Part shown: piece by piece, positions 1 to 13,135 of the stretch
How the letters are laid out: the number at the start of each line of letters is the position of its first letter
Position numbering within the stretch: position 1 is the stretch's first letter
Origin: Bilabrum cf. latius
Taxonomy: Eukaryota
Assembly (NCBI GenBank): GCA_965178125.1
Contig: OZ237741.1
Location: forward strand, 682,001-746,000
Direction: 5' to 3'
DNA: 64,000 nt
The notes under the pieces: model-generated
Databases searched by the model: none
The model's input: only the letters and a program-made list of their open reading frames with translations
What the model was told of the DNA's origin: nothing
Translations under genes and position numbers: made by a program

Positions 1-3000
1 GGTCAGCTGCGACAGTTCCCGCGTTGTGCGACGATATTGGCCTTTTCCGAGTTGCCTGGATGCTACCATGGGGTGGCTCCGGTTGTACTCTCCGGTGATC
101 GGATCGAGTACGGCATGATCCGATCCGTGGTCGCACCATCTCGCGACCGTCGGCAGCTCCATGAGATAAACCGCCCCAAAGGGCGCGCCGGCTTCCTCCT
201 GTTTGTACATTGGATTATCGTTGATGAACGCGGGGGCACCGGCGAGCAGCAGCGGGGTGGGCGACAGGGTTGCGTTCGTGAAGGGTGAGGCAGCCAGCGC
301 AACGCCCTATCCAAATCGACCGGGTTCCCGCAGGTGCTCCGGAGCCGATATGAACCTCACACTACCGGGCACCACCAGCGGATGGTCAGCAGCATCCTGC
401 GAGCTGGCATCGAGCCGATCCAGCACGGAGTCAGGCAGTTTCCCAGTCCCGGCATTGCCTGACATCCCCAGCGTGAAGAGAAGAATACCGCCTCGATCCT
501 GTCTGTCGGGCGCAGTGCCTACATGCCTGTCAGAAGACATGCCATCGTCGAACGGGACTTCATAAGCACCCACTCCAAGCGCCACCTCTAGGAGTCCGTC
601 GCCGTCCAGGTCCGCCGCAGAGACAGATGTGAACTCACCACCTCTCTGGTAGGGCAGGATCGAGTTGGGCCACATGCCACTGGCACGGCTCATTTGCTGG
701 CCCAGCAGTACAACCCTATCGATAAACTAGGTAGCGGTGAAGGACAGGATAGCGAGCATGCGTGATGATGTCACATCGCCTGACGCCACCCATGGTACTG
801 TTTGACCCCCAAAATTGGTGGAAGCAACCAACACGTCTGCCATCCCATCGCGATCGACGTCGCCAAGTGTTGCCAACGTGCTACCCAGCCCACTAAAACT
901 GGCTAGCTTCTAGCCTTCACTGCTTCGGCTAAATCCAGTCACTAATGAAGAAGAGCTGTGGTATCCTAACCTTGTTGTGATGGGCTGGCGGCTAGCAGAA
1001 ATCGTGAGCGAGAAGATGCCACCCTTTGACTTGTAGTCAGCTGCACCGGCCAAGAATCCCTCAGCGCAGCCATCCCCATCAAAGTCCACGTTGGCCACGG
1101 ATACTCCAAATCTTCCGCCATTCCAGACACCCTAATTCAGCTTCACTTCATTCGCTAAAGGAACACCTTGGTTAATGGAGTTTGACATCGTGAACAGTGC
1201 AAACGTGCTAAAGTCCGGGGTCCCTGCGATAGGGTATGTTGCACGGCCGTCGGCATGCTGCTAAATCGCACCTCGGGCCACAGCAAACCGGTAAAACCCG
1301 CCCCTCCTACCGTACTAGTCTGGCTGTCCGATCGTGAAGATCACCTTGTCTGCTGGCAGATTTGCAGCGCCACGTGCATTCGTAGAGCACCCCATTGTCA
1401 CCGAAACCGAAGACCCCCATGCTGCGCCGATGTCATCAGCGACACCGTAGCCATCATCTCCAGCTTCCGCTGGTAACCCTGCTGCTAGCATCCTCCTGGG
1501 CCTGTAGGCCGCGTATCCAAGCCCGCCCCCGTACCCGTAAACATCTTGCCTTAGACGCACGCCGGAATCTCTCTGCTCAAACCCTGCCGTGCCCTCCATG
1601 CGATTCCTCCAATCGAGGAAAAAGACATACACAACCCCGTCTTGCTCCTTAAACGTGCTTTGTACGTACCTTTTTTCCCTGGGTTGACCTACAATTGCAT
1701 CCATCTGCCCATCTCCGTCTACATCGAACCAGAAAGCTGATGAACCCAGCCCAAAGCCATCTGGGTCACTGGAGCTCGGCACGTCTTTAGCCTGCCCAAA
1801 CTCACCTGTGGATAGCCAGGCGTTGTCCTTCTCCCGTGGATCACCCGCCTGTCCAGCCCCTCTCCCAAAGGCTCCCAGCAGCCGCGCAGGGAACGCCTAC
1901 GACGGACCGACCCACGCGCAGCCCCTGCACTCGACTGACACCCAGTCGCCGCCGTCCCCGGGAGACGCGCTGCCGCTCGTCGTGGGATACGAGACGCGGG
2001 CGGAAAGCAGGCCGCTCGGGAGAGCAGGCGTCGACACGCTGAGCGGAACTTCAGAGGGGGTCGTCACTCCTGAGGAACAGTCCACCTCCGGGTCTGTTCC
2101 GCACTGGGAGGCGGCACGCACCGCGTCCTAAAGCCGCAACGCCTATGTGGCCGCGCGCCACCGCCTCCTCCCGAACCTGTCCTGGTCTATGTCCTCTCGC
2201 ACGTCGGCAATGCGTCCCGATCCAGACGTAAAGAGGGTTTCCGGCTTGCAGTCGGGACCCTCGCAGAGAGTGAAGGCCCACCCGGCTGCCTCCGCACTCA
2301 CCCAGGGCTGCACCACAGCGCCATGCAGCATGCTGGCATTGCTGCCCGCAGTGCCGCTGCCTGTCCCAGCAGCGGGGAAGCAAGCACCAGAGAGGGCGTA
2401 CGCATCGCTCGCGTCTTTCCTTTCCCCGTCTGTCCCCACGAGCAACTGACCCGAGTGCGCCGCAATCATGGCGGTGGGCACCACGCACAGCTCCACCACG
2501 GGGGGCACGCTCAGCCTGGGCCTGTCCCTGCGATCCGGGACCCGGAGCTGCAGAGCCAGCTGCTCGTGAGTGACCTGAATCCTCGCGCGAAGTGTCTGAG
2601 GAGACACGCAGCATGCTGGCGGCTCGCCGGGCCGGACGGAGTGCCACGAAGACACTGAGGCATCGGACTCCCATTGCCCGCCAAAGGCGACCCCGTCTCG
2701 TTGCGGCACAGGGTCGAACCAACCCGGTTCCCGCCGCAACACCCCCACCGGCACCAGGGACCCTATTGCCTGCCTGTGCACGCCAATGGGAGTATCCAGT
2801 GCCTCGGGCGAGCCATAAGTCGGTAGTGTTGCGTTGGCTCCCGCCATGGACGGCACCGTGGACCGCAGGAAGACTGCCCTCTGCAGGGCAGCCGTTGCGT
2901 TCGAGGCCGGGTCGAGCGAAGCGGCGGCCACGTACTGCGATGCTGCCCAGCCGAAGACCTGCATGCGATGCTCTAACGCTGTTCCCTGGCCGCCACCCTG

Positions 3001-4713
3001 CCCTGGGGTGGCTATGGACCCGTGCATTGTCTCGAGAACCGCGACTTCGATGGAGCCCCACTCCCCGCTGGATGGCGAGCACGGCCTGCCCACTGCGAGA
3101 CGGACGCCGGCTGCGTAGTTGGGCAGTGGCGGGAGCGGCTGCATGTAGTGGCCAAAAGAGGCTGAGCAGCCAGCTGGGACTGACCCGATCCCACCCACCC
3201 ACATGGCGTGCTTTACGAAGGCCCCACCAACGGGCCGCCCCCCTTTGTCGGTGCCTCGTACCCCCATCAGAAGCACAAAGAGTCCTGCCTGCGTCCTGGA
3301 CGCCGTGATGAGGTCGCGGATGCCGTCCCCGTCCACATCCCCAGAGACAACAGACACGCCCAGACCGGCACTCTCCGGAATAGCAGCCCCTCCAAGGGTG
3401 CCGGTCAGCGGATCTGGCTGCAGTACCGCCACCGCCTCGACCGAAGGTTCCTCAGCCTTCGCTACCCATAGAAGGAAAAGGGAACCGCGATTCCCGGCGC
3501 ACCCGGGACACCCCATCGCCATCACAGATGCCTCACGGAGCAGTTCCACCGGAATCCCGTCGATCGGGGCACCCCCAATCACGGTGCCGTCAGTTTCAAT
3601 GCCGCGCACGGGCGTTGAAACGCTGGCCCATCCGTCCGACAGCCAGGCCAACCCACCATCAAGGTCGGAAATCCCTACCCCAGGCTCGAGTCCCACCCTT
3701 AGAATGACCTTGGATCGCGCAGCTGCCTGCGCCGGCCTCCACACCCTGTGGAAGATCAGTTCCGCGGGCGCTCCGCCCCCCCTTGCCCCCATGTAACTGG
3801 CCACAATCACGTCCGGACTGCCGTCCAGCGACACATCGCCCGCACTGGCAGCAGCCAGGTGGATCCCCTCCAGCTCGCCGCTGCCCGGACCCCCTCTTGA
3901 AAGGCGGTGAATTCCCGTGGCAGGTCCTAGATTCGCTGTGCCAGCCCCCGTCCCCACGCCCGCTCTCGCCGTCAGCAGGCCCCTTCCCATCTCCAGCAGA
4001 ACCCCCTGGTGGCCCTCTCCCGTGAATAGAAGTAGATCATCTGTGGACCCGGGCGTTGCGCCGCCGCCTGCAGAACCTAAATCTCCCGGCGAGGCGAGGG
4101 TCACACGAGGTAGGCTGGCGATGCCAGACATGGTCCCCTAGTTCTCCAGATGGTTGAGAAACAAGTAGTCCTGGGGATTTCTGAGCATGTCTGCGATGGG
4201 ATGGTTGTGCTTCTACCACACGAATGTGTCTGCGTCCCTGGCGCCAGACTACGAGGGCTAGACGCAGTCTCCGATGTATCCTTCCGCCCGCATCCAGGGC
4301 CGGACGGCGCGGCTCGAGTGGAAGTACTGACGCTACTGGTCGCTACTACTAGGAAATTTTAAGGCTTCGTCTAGCGCAGATGGCCTGCTCACGCGGACCA
4401 TGGCAAGGCAAGCGCTGTTTGGGTTCGAAAGCCGCACCGGGTCCGCCACCGCAAGCACGAAGTCGTCAGGCCCGATCCCTCGGCTCCTTTCCTTCCCATA
4501 ACCGCCTACTCCTTCCCAAGGTGGTCTCATTACGACAAATGTGCCGGGCCAATTCGCAAATGCCTCCGAAGTATCACCTAGTAGCTCGCGTCCATCTAGA
4601 GCATACAACCGCGTATAGTTGATTGCGAGAGCTAGGCTCTTGTGGGGAGCTATACCCACAAATAGGAGCCCAAACATGATACTTATGCCCATCGTGGGGA
4701 AAATAGCACGCAT
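1..4713 (-). CDS. Large secreted/surface protein with FG-GAP (integrin-alpha-like) repeats; >1570 aa, 3' end outside window
   Basis: Track ORFs 4333..5154, 2143..4131, 1897..2121, 1315..1782, 910..1098 and 307..693 share one frame and are separated only by TAG (14: 4333, 4258, 4249, 4213, 4138, 2143, 2128, 1897, 1315, 1261, 1132, 910, 727, 307). Repeated Ca-binding FG-GAP motifs: GDVDGDGIRDLI, DVDGDGQMDAIVG, VDFDGDG, GDVDRDGMADVLVA, DLDGDGLLEVALG. Hydrophobic signal-like N-terminus MGISIMFGLLFVGIA; start at 4713 or 4692. Confidence 0.8.
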
Positions 4714-5137
4714 CTGACGAGCTTGATCGCCTTTTCGCGTTTCGGCGGAGAGAAAACAGACGTGCCGACGTTGACGAGCAGGCGTCCACGGCTTCTGCAT
4801 CGAATCAAAGCAAGAAAGCGCGAACACGTTGGTGCATTCAAGTACAACTCGTGGTGATAAATCGCTGAAGTGTGGCGTCAAATCGCCTGGCTCGCCAGAT
4901 ACTACCTTCCCCAACATGCATGCTGCATGCCCCGGAGCGCCTCGCAGCCTTCTCATCACACCACGTGGTGCACCTCGGATCGCAACCGCACCACGGATCG
5001 CAACTTCACCAGCAACGTGGGCCAGGGTCTGAGACCGCAACGCACAGAGGACCGGTTTCCGAGGAAGATCCCATCCGACCAGCCCGCGAACCAACCGATT
5101 TGGTTCGGGTACACCGTTCCTCGATCGCCCCCCTACT

Positions 5138-6222
5138 TCAGCTGGGTGGAACAAGCAATAACCAGAAAAAGGGGGGGTCTCCCACAGGTGGCACCACTTG
5201 GGTAGGTGCAGCCCCTGGAACTAATGGGCCGACACCGGTAAGGCCAGTATTAGCCGACTGACTGCCTTGCAGCCGCCGCGCGATTTGGGCAGCGCTGAGG
5301 CCGATGTTGCTGCTGCTGCTGCTGCTAAGCGGTAGGGGACCGGCCATGCCGTCCAGGAGTTCCGCCACATTCGCCGCATCCTGCTCTGAGATGACGCTGG
5401 CAGCAACGAGGTTTCGATACGCTCTCCACAGAGCATCACCTCCTGCCTCGATGATGTTGGATCGTTGGGAGGGTGTGTAGTAAGCGTCGACTCGCCGTCG
5501 AGACCGGAATCCCTTACGTCCCAGAGCTGCGGGCCGATCTGTGCAGCTTTGTCCTAGACCTCGCCCTTCTTAAGTAGCAGCCGTAGTGCCAGGTTGCGCA
5601 GTCCACGACGACGCAAGAATGCCACTCCTGCCACGATGTCGTTGGTGATGCCTTTCGCTGCGGTAATCGATGCAGCTTGCGCCTCGTCAGAGCTTTTCAT
5701 CAGCAGTGCCAAGGCCGAAGAGTCAGAGGCCAGGCTGCTTTCCGGTCCCCCCTTCCTCTTCCTCCCGGCAACCCGCTCTCGGCCTGCGGCCTTGCTTTCG
5801 GACTGCTGCCCAGATGACCCGGAGCCGGCCTTGGAGCCGGAGCTGGGGCTTCGGCTGGAAGAGGGACTGGATCCAGGACTCGCTGCAGACGCACTCTTAT
5901 CCTCTCTGTGCTTCTGCTGCTCTCCGGCATTCTGGACAAGCTTCGCTACTAGCTACATCTGTGGCACGAACGCCTCCGACCCGATGTCGGTCACGGCCTG
6001 GCTCAGCATGCTTCACCTCCCTTGCTGCATATGCGCGGTCATCGTTCTTGCGACCGAAGAGCCAACTTGACCGCTGGTCTGGATGTAGAGGGTGGAGATG
6101 GCGTCCTTGCTTCCAGCGGCCGCTAGCCTGATGCGTCGCGGTTCATCAGCTGTTGGTGCACGGCTACCAACTCCTCCATCACGGCTGCCGTCCTGGCGTT
6201 CCCCTCCGGTGGTTTTAGGCAT
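5138..6222 (-). pseudogene. Degenerate ORF remnant, possibly transposon-derived
   Basis: Protein-like reading MPKTTGG...QQGR[TGA 6013]SMLSQAV...LRRRGLRNLALRLLLKK, then an apparent frame change near 5500 into ...DALWRAYRNLVAASVISEQDAANVAELLDG. It stays broken by TGA and a frameshift even when TAG is read through. No recognisable domain. Confidence 0.3.
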
Positions 6223-7052
6223 TGAAGACCCATCAGCAAGTCACGTACACTGGTAAGCTCAAGTTGGACGACTGTCAGTGCGGGCTCTGCGCAGAGGTGT
6301 GATGGCAGCAGAGATAAAAGTGACCTGCAGAGTCAAGCTCATAAGTGTGCACTCGTCATCACGGGGGAGGAGTGCGGCCGCACGGGAGACCTTGCTCTCG
6401 TGGACATGGACAGCGGGGCGTACCTGTGGAGCAGAGACACGTCCTACGTGCGGCCCACGGCGAGGGCGATGTAGCTTTATAACTACGCCCTGACCCTGTT
6501 CAAGCAGGCTACGCTCTCATCTATCTGGGGGTCGATGCCGGATAGCGGATCACCCCATAGGGAAGATGTGGAGGGCAAGTTCTGGAATGCGTTCCGTTAT
6601 CTGGACGAGTCCCAAGAAATGTGAAGGGAGCCTCTGTTTGGCGGTCGTGAAAGCACAGGGGGCGTGCGATACCAACGGTGCCAATCCGGCAACTTGACGG
6701 AACCCGCTCTCGCCTTCTCGGCAGATGCATGCGCAATGCTCCCGCACCGACCGGCGCGAATTGAAATGATTGCAAGAGTCGTCACCACAGCTTTTCTTGG
6801 GTTCTCAGGCTAGAGACATGTGTGCTCGACTGTGGTCAGGCACCACGTGCGGCTTGACCGCACACTAGCTTTACCCAGAATCCCATTCACTTGACAGTTA
6901 TGGTCGTTATTTTTGCCCGAACCGGGTCGCACTGGCAGCGGCACTGCCGTCGCATTGCCGGACCCCGTTGACGGTCGGGACCCCGACTTCCAGAGAGCCC
7001 CGGCAGAAGCCAGCGTCGCGTGCCCGCACAGATCGCACACAAATTGGTCGCA

Positions 7053-7078
7053 CAGAAATACAGAAATACAGAAATACA
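7053..7078. repeat. (CAGAAATA)x3 short tandem repeat
   Basis: cagaaata cagaaata cagaaata ca, about 200 bp downstream of the minus-strand ORF ending at 7287; could be a retroelement 3' tail. Confidence 0.7.
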
Positions 7079-7286
7079 TTGTTGGGTAAAGATTCCACAA
7101 GCACCCAGATGCACCGTTGCCCCCGAAGGAGTTCGAGTGATCACCTGAATCCAGAGGAGTCCTCAAACAAGGACTACAAGACCCCCGACCCTTTCAGGCC
7201 AAAGGCCCCCCAATCTCAGCCTACACCGCCGAGTCCCCTTTATTCGCCATCAATGTGGTCCCCCACAAGCCCTCAGCCTGATGCCT

Positions 7287-8507
7287 TCACAGGGAGAAAG
7301 CATACAGGTGCGGAGCATGTGCCCGGCACAAAGCGCGGTCCAGTCCCACATCAGGGTCCCCTGCCGGGACCCACCATTTCCTCCTCCATGACCGTCTCTG
7401 CGTCTCACGATCCTTCAGAGAGGCTAGCATGCACGCGCTCATGCCTTTGGCCCATTGCCTCTCTATGTCCCTTAGCAAGCCGTGGGGCTTAAACATCCGT
7501 CGCTGTAGCCGAGCGTTCGCATTGGTTGCCGCTATCAGCTCTTGCGTGGCCGTGGCGGCAAGAGCAGCCGCCGCATCGCCTCGCATCCACTGCCTGCACG
7601 TCAGCTACTCCTGCTAGCGCAGCTGGTTCCTGATCACCTGCACCACTCGGTTGGCCAGCTCCTTGACAGCTGTCCGTTCCGATGACCGTGCAATCGTACG
7701 CTCTATCCGAGTGAGTGCGTCTTCGACGATTGGCTTGGCCCTGCTGGTGCGCTCCAGCTTCTCGTCCCAAGGGTCCTGAGCGAGAGCTGTCTTCGCCCAT
7801 GCTTTCCGGAGAGAGGCAGGGGACCTCCCTCTATTCTGATCCGCATCATCGGGTTGCCACGGTCTCGTTCCGGCATGATGGTCATGCTCGGCCCGCTCCA
7901 TCTGCTCTACCGCGGTGCCCATCACTTGAAGGTTGGGCGTGCCCTGTTGCGGGTATTGTCCAGCTCGGATGCGCAGAATTCGTCTTCCTTGGTGGCCGTA
8001 TTCCTGCACCACCGCTGCTGTTGGCATGGCTCCTGGTCCGAAGGCATACCGTCCCTTCGTTGCGTACCGGTTAAGCATGACCACTCCGAGCGCAGCTCTC
8101 TCCCGGTCCCAATCCGACAGTGCCGGATCGTGCGAGCATCCCAGGCTCAGGCTTGTGAACGATCGGTCAGCAGCTCCGGATTTGGATTTCCTCCACTTTG
8201 TGACTTTTTTTGCAGTCTCCTGGCATCCCAGCCAGTCCTTCGCGTCATCGATCCGGTGGGTCCACCCTGCCATCTTGATCCTGAATCCCAGTGCCAGCGC
8301 GGCCCCGAGTGGGCCTGTCTGTACTGGTGGTCCCTGCAGGAATCGGCCCTGGTGGATGAACCTGGCCGCAACATCAAGGCCCTTCTTCGAGGGACACTCG
8401 ATCAGGTCCAGCAGGCCCATAGCAACACGCCCTGCTGCCGATGCCGTCAGCAGCTCAGTGTCCATCGCAAGGTTTGGCACGTATCGGCCGCCCATGGTGA
8501 AGGGCAC
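7287..8507 (-). mobile_element. About 400-codon ORF, possibly a 5'-truncated non-LTR retrotransposon fragment (post-RT region)
   Basis: ORFs 7614..8507 and 7287..7586 join through two TAGs (7614, 7605) and end at TGA 7287. The N-terminal PFTMGGRYVPNL resembles the PxxxGGLG(L/V)PxL motif after LINE reverse transcriptase. An upstream in-frame TAA lies at 8541 and a short tandem repeat follows the 3' end. No RT catalytic motif seen. Confidence 0.35.
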
Positions 8508-8622
8508 AATCTGACCGATGGTAGTGTGCTGTTTCTGATATTACAACGCAATTCAAATACAAATACACCAACACAAACCTCGCTGTACACACAGTAGGCC
8601 AAGAGCCAACGTAAATAGGTCC

Positions 8623-11600
8623 ATGGATACATTGGAAGAGCGCAAGGCTCGGAGGGGCGGTGCGGCAGCCGAAAGACCGGAGAAGCGAAGGCGAGTACAA
8701 AGTGGAGCAATTGCCAGCGAGCAAGACGAGTCAAAGTCACCGGCAGACGAATCAACTGAATTGGAGTTGACACCATAGGGCAAACGTGCTCCTGATCCCC
8801 GATCTGCTCTCTCTTCTGCCGGGTAGACCTCCGGGGGAGCTTCTAGTTCAAATCGGACTGGTCTGCCTCGCACAAGCAGCAAGGCATCCAAAGCATCGCT
8901 GCAAGAAGATGCCGAGGACGAAGATGAGGAGGATGATTACGATGACGATGACGAGGACGAGGATAGTGATGATGCGGACGGTTTTGGGGACGCCGCGGGG
9001 CCACAAGCAGACGTGGCTGGGAGCAACACCGAAGCATAGGCTACTCTGCTGCACAGAATGAAGTTTCCGGACCCTGGCACGATCAAGTCTATCACGTTGC
9101 AGAATTTTATGTGTCATTCGAACCTGCAGGTTGACTTCAAGCCGAACGTCAACTGTATCGTTGGCAAGAACGGAAGCGGGAAGAGCTCAATTTGCGCCGG
9201 GATTATGATGGCGTTCGATTCCCGCGTTGCAGCAACGGGGCGTGGAAGCAACATGGGATCTATTGTCAAGCATGGTTGCACAGAGGGGAGAGTTGTGCTG
9301 GTCATCCACAACGCAGCTCACCGAGGGGCGTACGCGACACGTGAGATGCAACACAAGGTGCTCAGTTCGCAACCCTGTCCCCTACGAAGCCCACGCCCCG
9401 TGCACGGTTGCATTTCAACACATTCATGTACTTGTAAGCTAGCCCTTGCCTTCGTCCCTCTGCTTCGTTCCGTTTGTCGCAGCGTAGCAGCCGTATCGCC
9501 CCGACTTTTTCGGTGACCGCATCGTCCTGACACGTCGGCTGCGGCGGTCGGCCACGGGCGGCACCTCGCAGTTCACAGTGTCCGGCTCCAAGCATGGGGC
9601 CATCGTCAAGGGCAAGGAGGCGAGAGAGGAGATAGCCCAGCTGCGGCAGCACTTCTAGGTAGACCCCGAGAACCCCATGATGGTGCTCACCCAGGAGGAG
9701 GCCAAGAAGTTCGCCACGGCCGACGGCAAGAAGAGGTACGACCTGTTCCTCAAGGCGACTTCGCTCGAGTCTGCCCAGGCCAATATGGTGGCCACTGCGG
9801 AGAAGATCGACCGCCTTTCCGAGGACAAGAAGAAGCTGCAGGGCGAGGTGGACAAGGCCAAGGCTGCCTACACCAAGGCGGAGAAGAAGTGGAACCGCTT
9901 CAAGGGCATGCAGGAGGTTGACGCGAACATCAAGGAGGCCAAGTTTGACGTGGCATTTGCGGAGCTGGACGAGAAGGAGGAGCAGATCGAGGGCATGCAC
10001 CAGGAGCTGACCGCCTTGAAGGAAAAGGCTGGCAAGGAGGAGCGCAGCATCGACAAGCGGATCGAGCGAGAGAAAGAACTGGTGGCGGAAATCGCCGAAC
10101 TCGAGGCGGAGATGGACCAGGTGGCAGCCAAGCAGGAGGAGCGGAGCAAAGAAATCGAGGACTTGCTGGTCGAGCGCGACTCCGTGAAGAAGCCGATGGA
10201 GGCGTGCAGCACGAGAGCGGAGCGATACAAGGCGAAGCAAGAGAAAGGCGAGGATCGGCTGCGCAAGACAAGGGCAGAGATCGCTCAGCTGAGGTCCAAG
10301 ATGGGCAGGACGGACTTCTAGGAGCAGCTGGAGGAGCTGCGCAAGCAGAGCGACAGGTAGAGGGCCAAGATGGACGAGCTCGAGGGGGAGATCAAGGAGG
10401 CGCACGAGGCAGTGCAGAAAGCGAAGCGATCGCAGTCCTAGCTGACAGCAGATGTGTCAAGTGCCAAGCAGCAGTGCCGCGAGAGCGAAGAGGGCATCGA
10501 CGGCGCCAAGCGCATGATGGCGGCTATGAAGCGTGCCAGCACCTCCAGCTTTGAGAAGCGTGTCGCTGCCCTTGACAACAGAGGGGAGGTGCTGGATGTA
10601 TACAAGCGGGTGGTTAACGCAGTCAAGGCAGAGAAGAAGCCCATGCCCGTGGGCCCCATCGGCGCATTTATCAAGCTCAAGGACCAGAGGATCACAGCAG
10701 CAGTCGTCTCTGTGCTGGATGACACGATCAACGAGTTCAGGTCCAACACAACGGCTCTCAACGCGACGCTACGGCGAGCTGCACCCCGAGTCAGCCTGGC
10801 CGTATCGCGACGCTTCCTAAACCCGGAGTAGGTCAAGAAGAGGTACGAGAGCACCCGCGTGAAGCCCAAGGGCCGAGACACCATCCGCACTCTGCACGAC
10901 TACTTGACCTTTGAAGGCGAGGACGAGCAGGAGGTGTGCGTGGCGGAGCAGACTGTGCTTGGCCGAAACACGCACAAGATCTTGGTGGCTATGGATCCAG
11001 AGCAGGGCAGGGACCTCATGGACCGGTATCCCGATGCGCTCGGGGCGGTGCTGCCGGATGGTTCCAGGATCCAGAAGCGAGGAAAGTCGGTGTCGTTCAT
11101 GGCACTCAGCAAGAATGTGCGCGCTCGCTTCGGCGGGTCTGCCAAGGAGGACGAGGGCAAGCTTGTCGAGTCGCTCGCCAAGCTGGAAGAAGAGTTGGCC
11201 GCGGCCCAGTCAGAGCTGCAGGTGGCCCAGGCACAGATGGACCGCCGCACGGAACACCTGCGGCGCAACGAGCGGAAGCTCAAGGATCTCAAAGCACAGT
11301 TTGCGGCGGCCAAGCGAGCCCTGGACAAGACCAAGAGAGCCGAGAAGGCGGTCCGGGAGCAGGAGAAGCAGGAAGGGGACGAGGAGCTGGGCCAGCGCGT
11401 GGAGATGCTGGAGGAGGAGGCGGAGCGAATCGAGTCAATCGTCGCCAAGTGCAAGGAGAGCGTGGAGGGGCAGGGAGAGAAGTACGCCAAGCTTAAGGAG
11501 GACCTCAAGCCCATCCTTGAGAAGATCAAGCACCTGAAAGCGATGCAGTCCGGAGATAAAGGCGTTCGCCGCATCACTGAATCGCTGGAGGGTAAGCAGG

Positions 11601-12646
11601 ACGAGCTGACGCAGATTCGGTCGAAGCTGCACTCCAAGCAGATTAAGCTGGACCAGGTCCGCAAGGCGATGGCAGAGCACATGCAGGAGCTCTCTCAGCT
11701 GGAGGCCAGCCACAAGAGCGGCAAGGACGCCCTGGTGGCGCAGGCGGGCCGGGAGTCCTTCAGTGGAGACGCGATGACGGTGCAGGAGGCGCGCGCGAAG
11801 CTCAAGGGGTTCGAGCGGCTGCGCGAGTCGCAAGCCAGGCAGCTGGGGCACGACCCTGAGCTGGTGCGTCAGGCCGAGGCTGACTTTGTCAAGACGCAGC
11901 AGGTCCTGGTCGACACTGAGGCGCGCGTGGCGATGACCCTGCGGATGCTCAAGGGCACCAGGAAGATGAACGCGCAGAGGTTCAGGGGCATGCGGAAGCT
12001 CTTCCTGCAGTCCCAGCAGGAGGCAGGCACCGCGTTCAACCGCCTCATGCAGTCCAAGGGCCACCACGGCAAGGTTCGGTTCGAGCCCACGGAGAAGGGT
12101 AACCCCATGGCAGGGGGCAAGATGGAGCTGCTCGTGACGCCGAACGTGTACCAGATGTCCGAGCACGAGGCCAAGCAAGTCATGCAGACCCAGGCGAGAG
12201 CCGCCGACGGCTTAGACGAGGACGACGACATGGAGGACAGGGGTGCGCACAAGGAAAAGAAGCAGAAAAACATCAAGTCTACCACTAGCTCCCTGTCGGG
12301 CGGCGAGAAGGCCCTCACTTCGCTCGCGTTGCTCCTCGCAATCGGCCAGCAGATCGAGCTTCCATGGAGGGCCATGGACGAGTTCGACGTGTTCATGGAC
12401 GAGCAGACGCGCAAGCTGTCGCTTCAAGCCATCCTGGACACTGCTTCGAGCCTCGGTGGCAACATCAACCGGACTGGGCACCAGTTCATCCTGATCACAC
12501 CATTGGATGTCAGCAGCGCTGACTTCTCGGCGTACCCAGAAGGCTTCGTCAACATATTTCAGCTGAAGGAGCCGAAGAGGACCCAGAGGATTGATACTAT
12601 GATCAGACGATAGGCAGCAGGGGGCGAAGATGATGTTGAGTTGTAA
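8623..12646 (+). CDS. SMC6: Structural maintenance of chromosomes protein 6 (~1293 aa; exons 8623-9340 and 9483-12646)
   Basis: N-terminal GTIKSITLQNFMCH and Walker A GKNGSGKS; long coiled coils and hinge (PVGPIG); LSGGEK signature; SMC6-type Walker B/D-loop RAMDEFDVFMDE. Ten in-frame TAGs (8776, 8824, 9037, 9485, 9656, 10319, 10358, 10439, 10829, 12611). Ends at TAA 12644-12646, with AATAAA near 12707. Confidence 0.93.
9341..9482 (+). other. Spliceosomal intron of SMC6 (142 nt, phase 1)
   Basis: GTGAGA...pyrimidine tract...GCAG. Splicing restores the frame into PYRPDFFGDRIVLTR, which fits the SMC6 head sequence. Confidence 0.75.
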
Positions 12647-13135
12647 AGGCGTATTCAAACACTTTGCTTGCTTCAGCCCGAGCGAATGCAACCAAGGTAT
12701 TTATTAGAATAAAGTTGCACAACCATGTCGGGACGGCATAAACCCACGATTGTAGAAGGCGCAGCTGCCGCCTGGGCCAGGCGGCCGCTTTGTAGCGTGC
12801 AAAACTCTCACTCGATCCAAGTTCGAGATTGTCTGCAGCCCTTCGTCGCACGTCACCATAGCGTGACCATACTACGTCTGATACAGCTTGCACGACAACA
12901 GTCGTAATCATGTCTGGACGTATGTCTCTTGTGTGAGCAAGCACAGCCTGATTTGCCAGTGCGCAAGCAGCAGGGCTGCTCGTGACTTGAATCGAAGACC
13001 CAACGCTCGTTCGCTTCCAAGTACCGACAGGGGATGAATCTTTTGGCCGTAGCATTGTATTGTGTATCTTTGATATTGTTTTGTTGATGAGAATGCTATC
13101 TTGATTCCAACTGCCGTCTTCACCGGCAATTGCAG

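Noticed and set aside
4410-4445. GGTTCGAAAGCC as a tRNA T-loop (candidate CUA-anticodon tRNA)
   Set aside because: It lies within the FG-GAP CDS with no cloverleaf; I recognised no tRNA or rRNA gene in the window.
9362-12414. Long antisense or alternate-frame ORFs (e.g. 9362..10405, 21783..22955, 36860..38155, 2051..3202)
   Set aside because: Shadows of GC3-biased genes on the other strand or frame; no domains.
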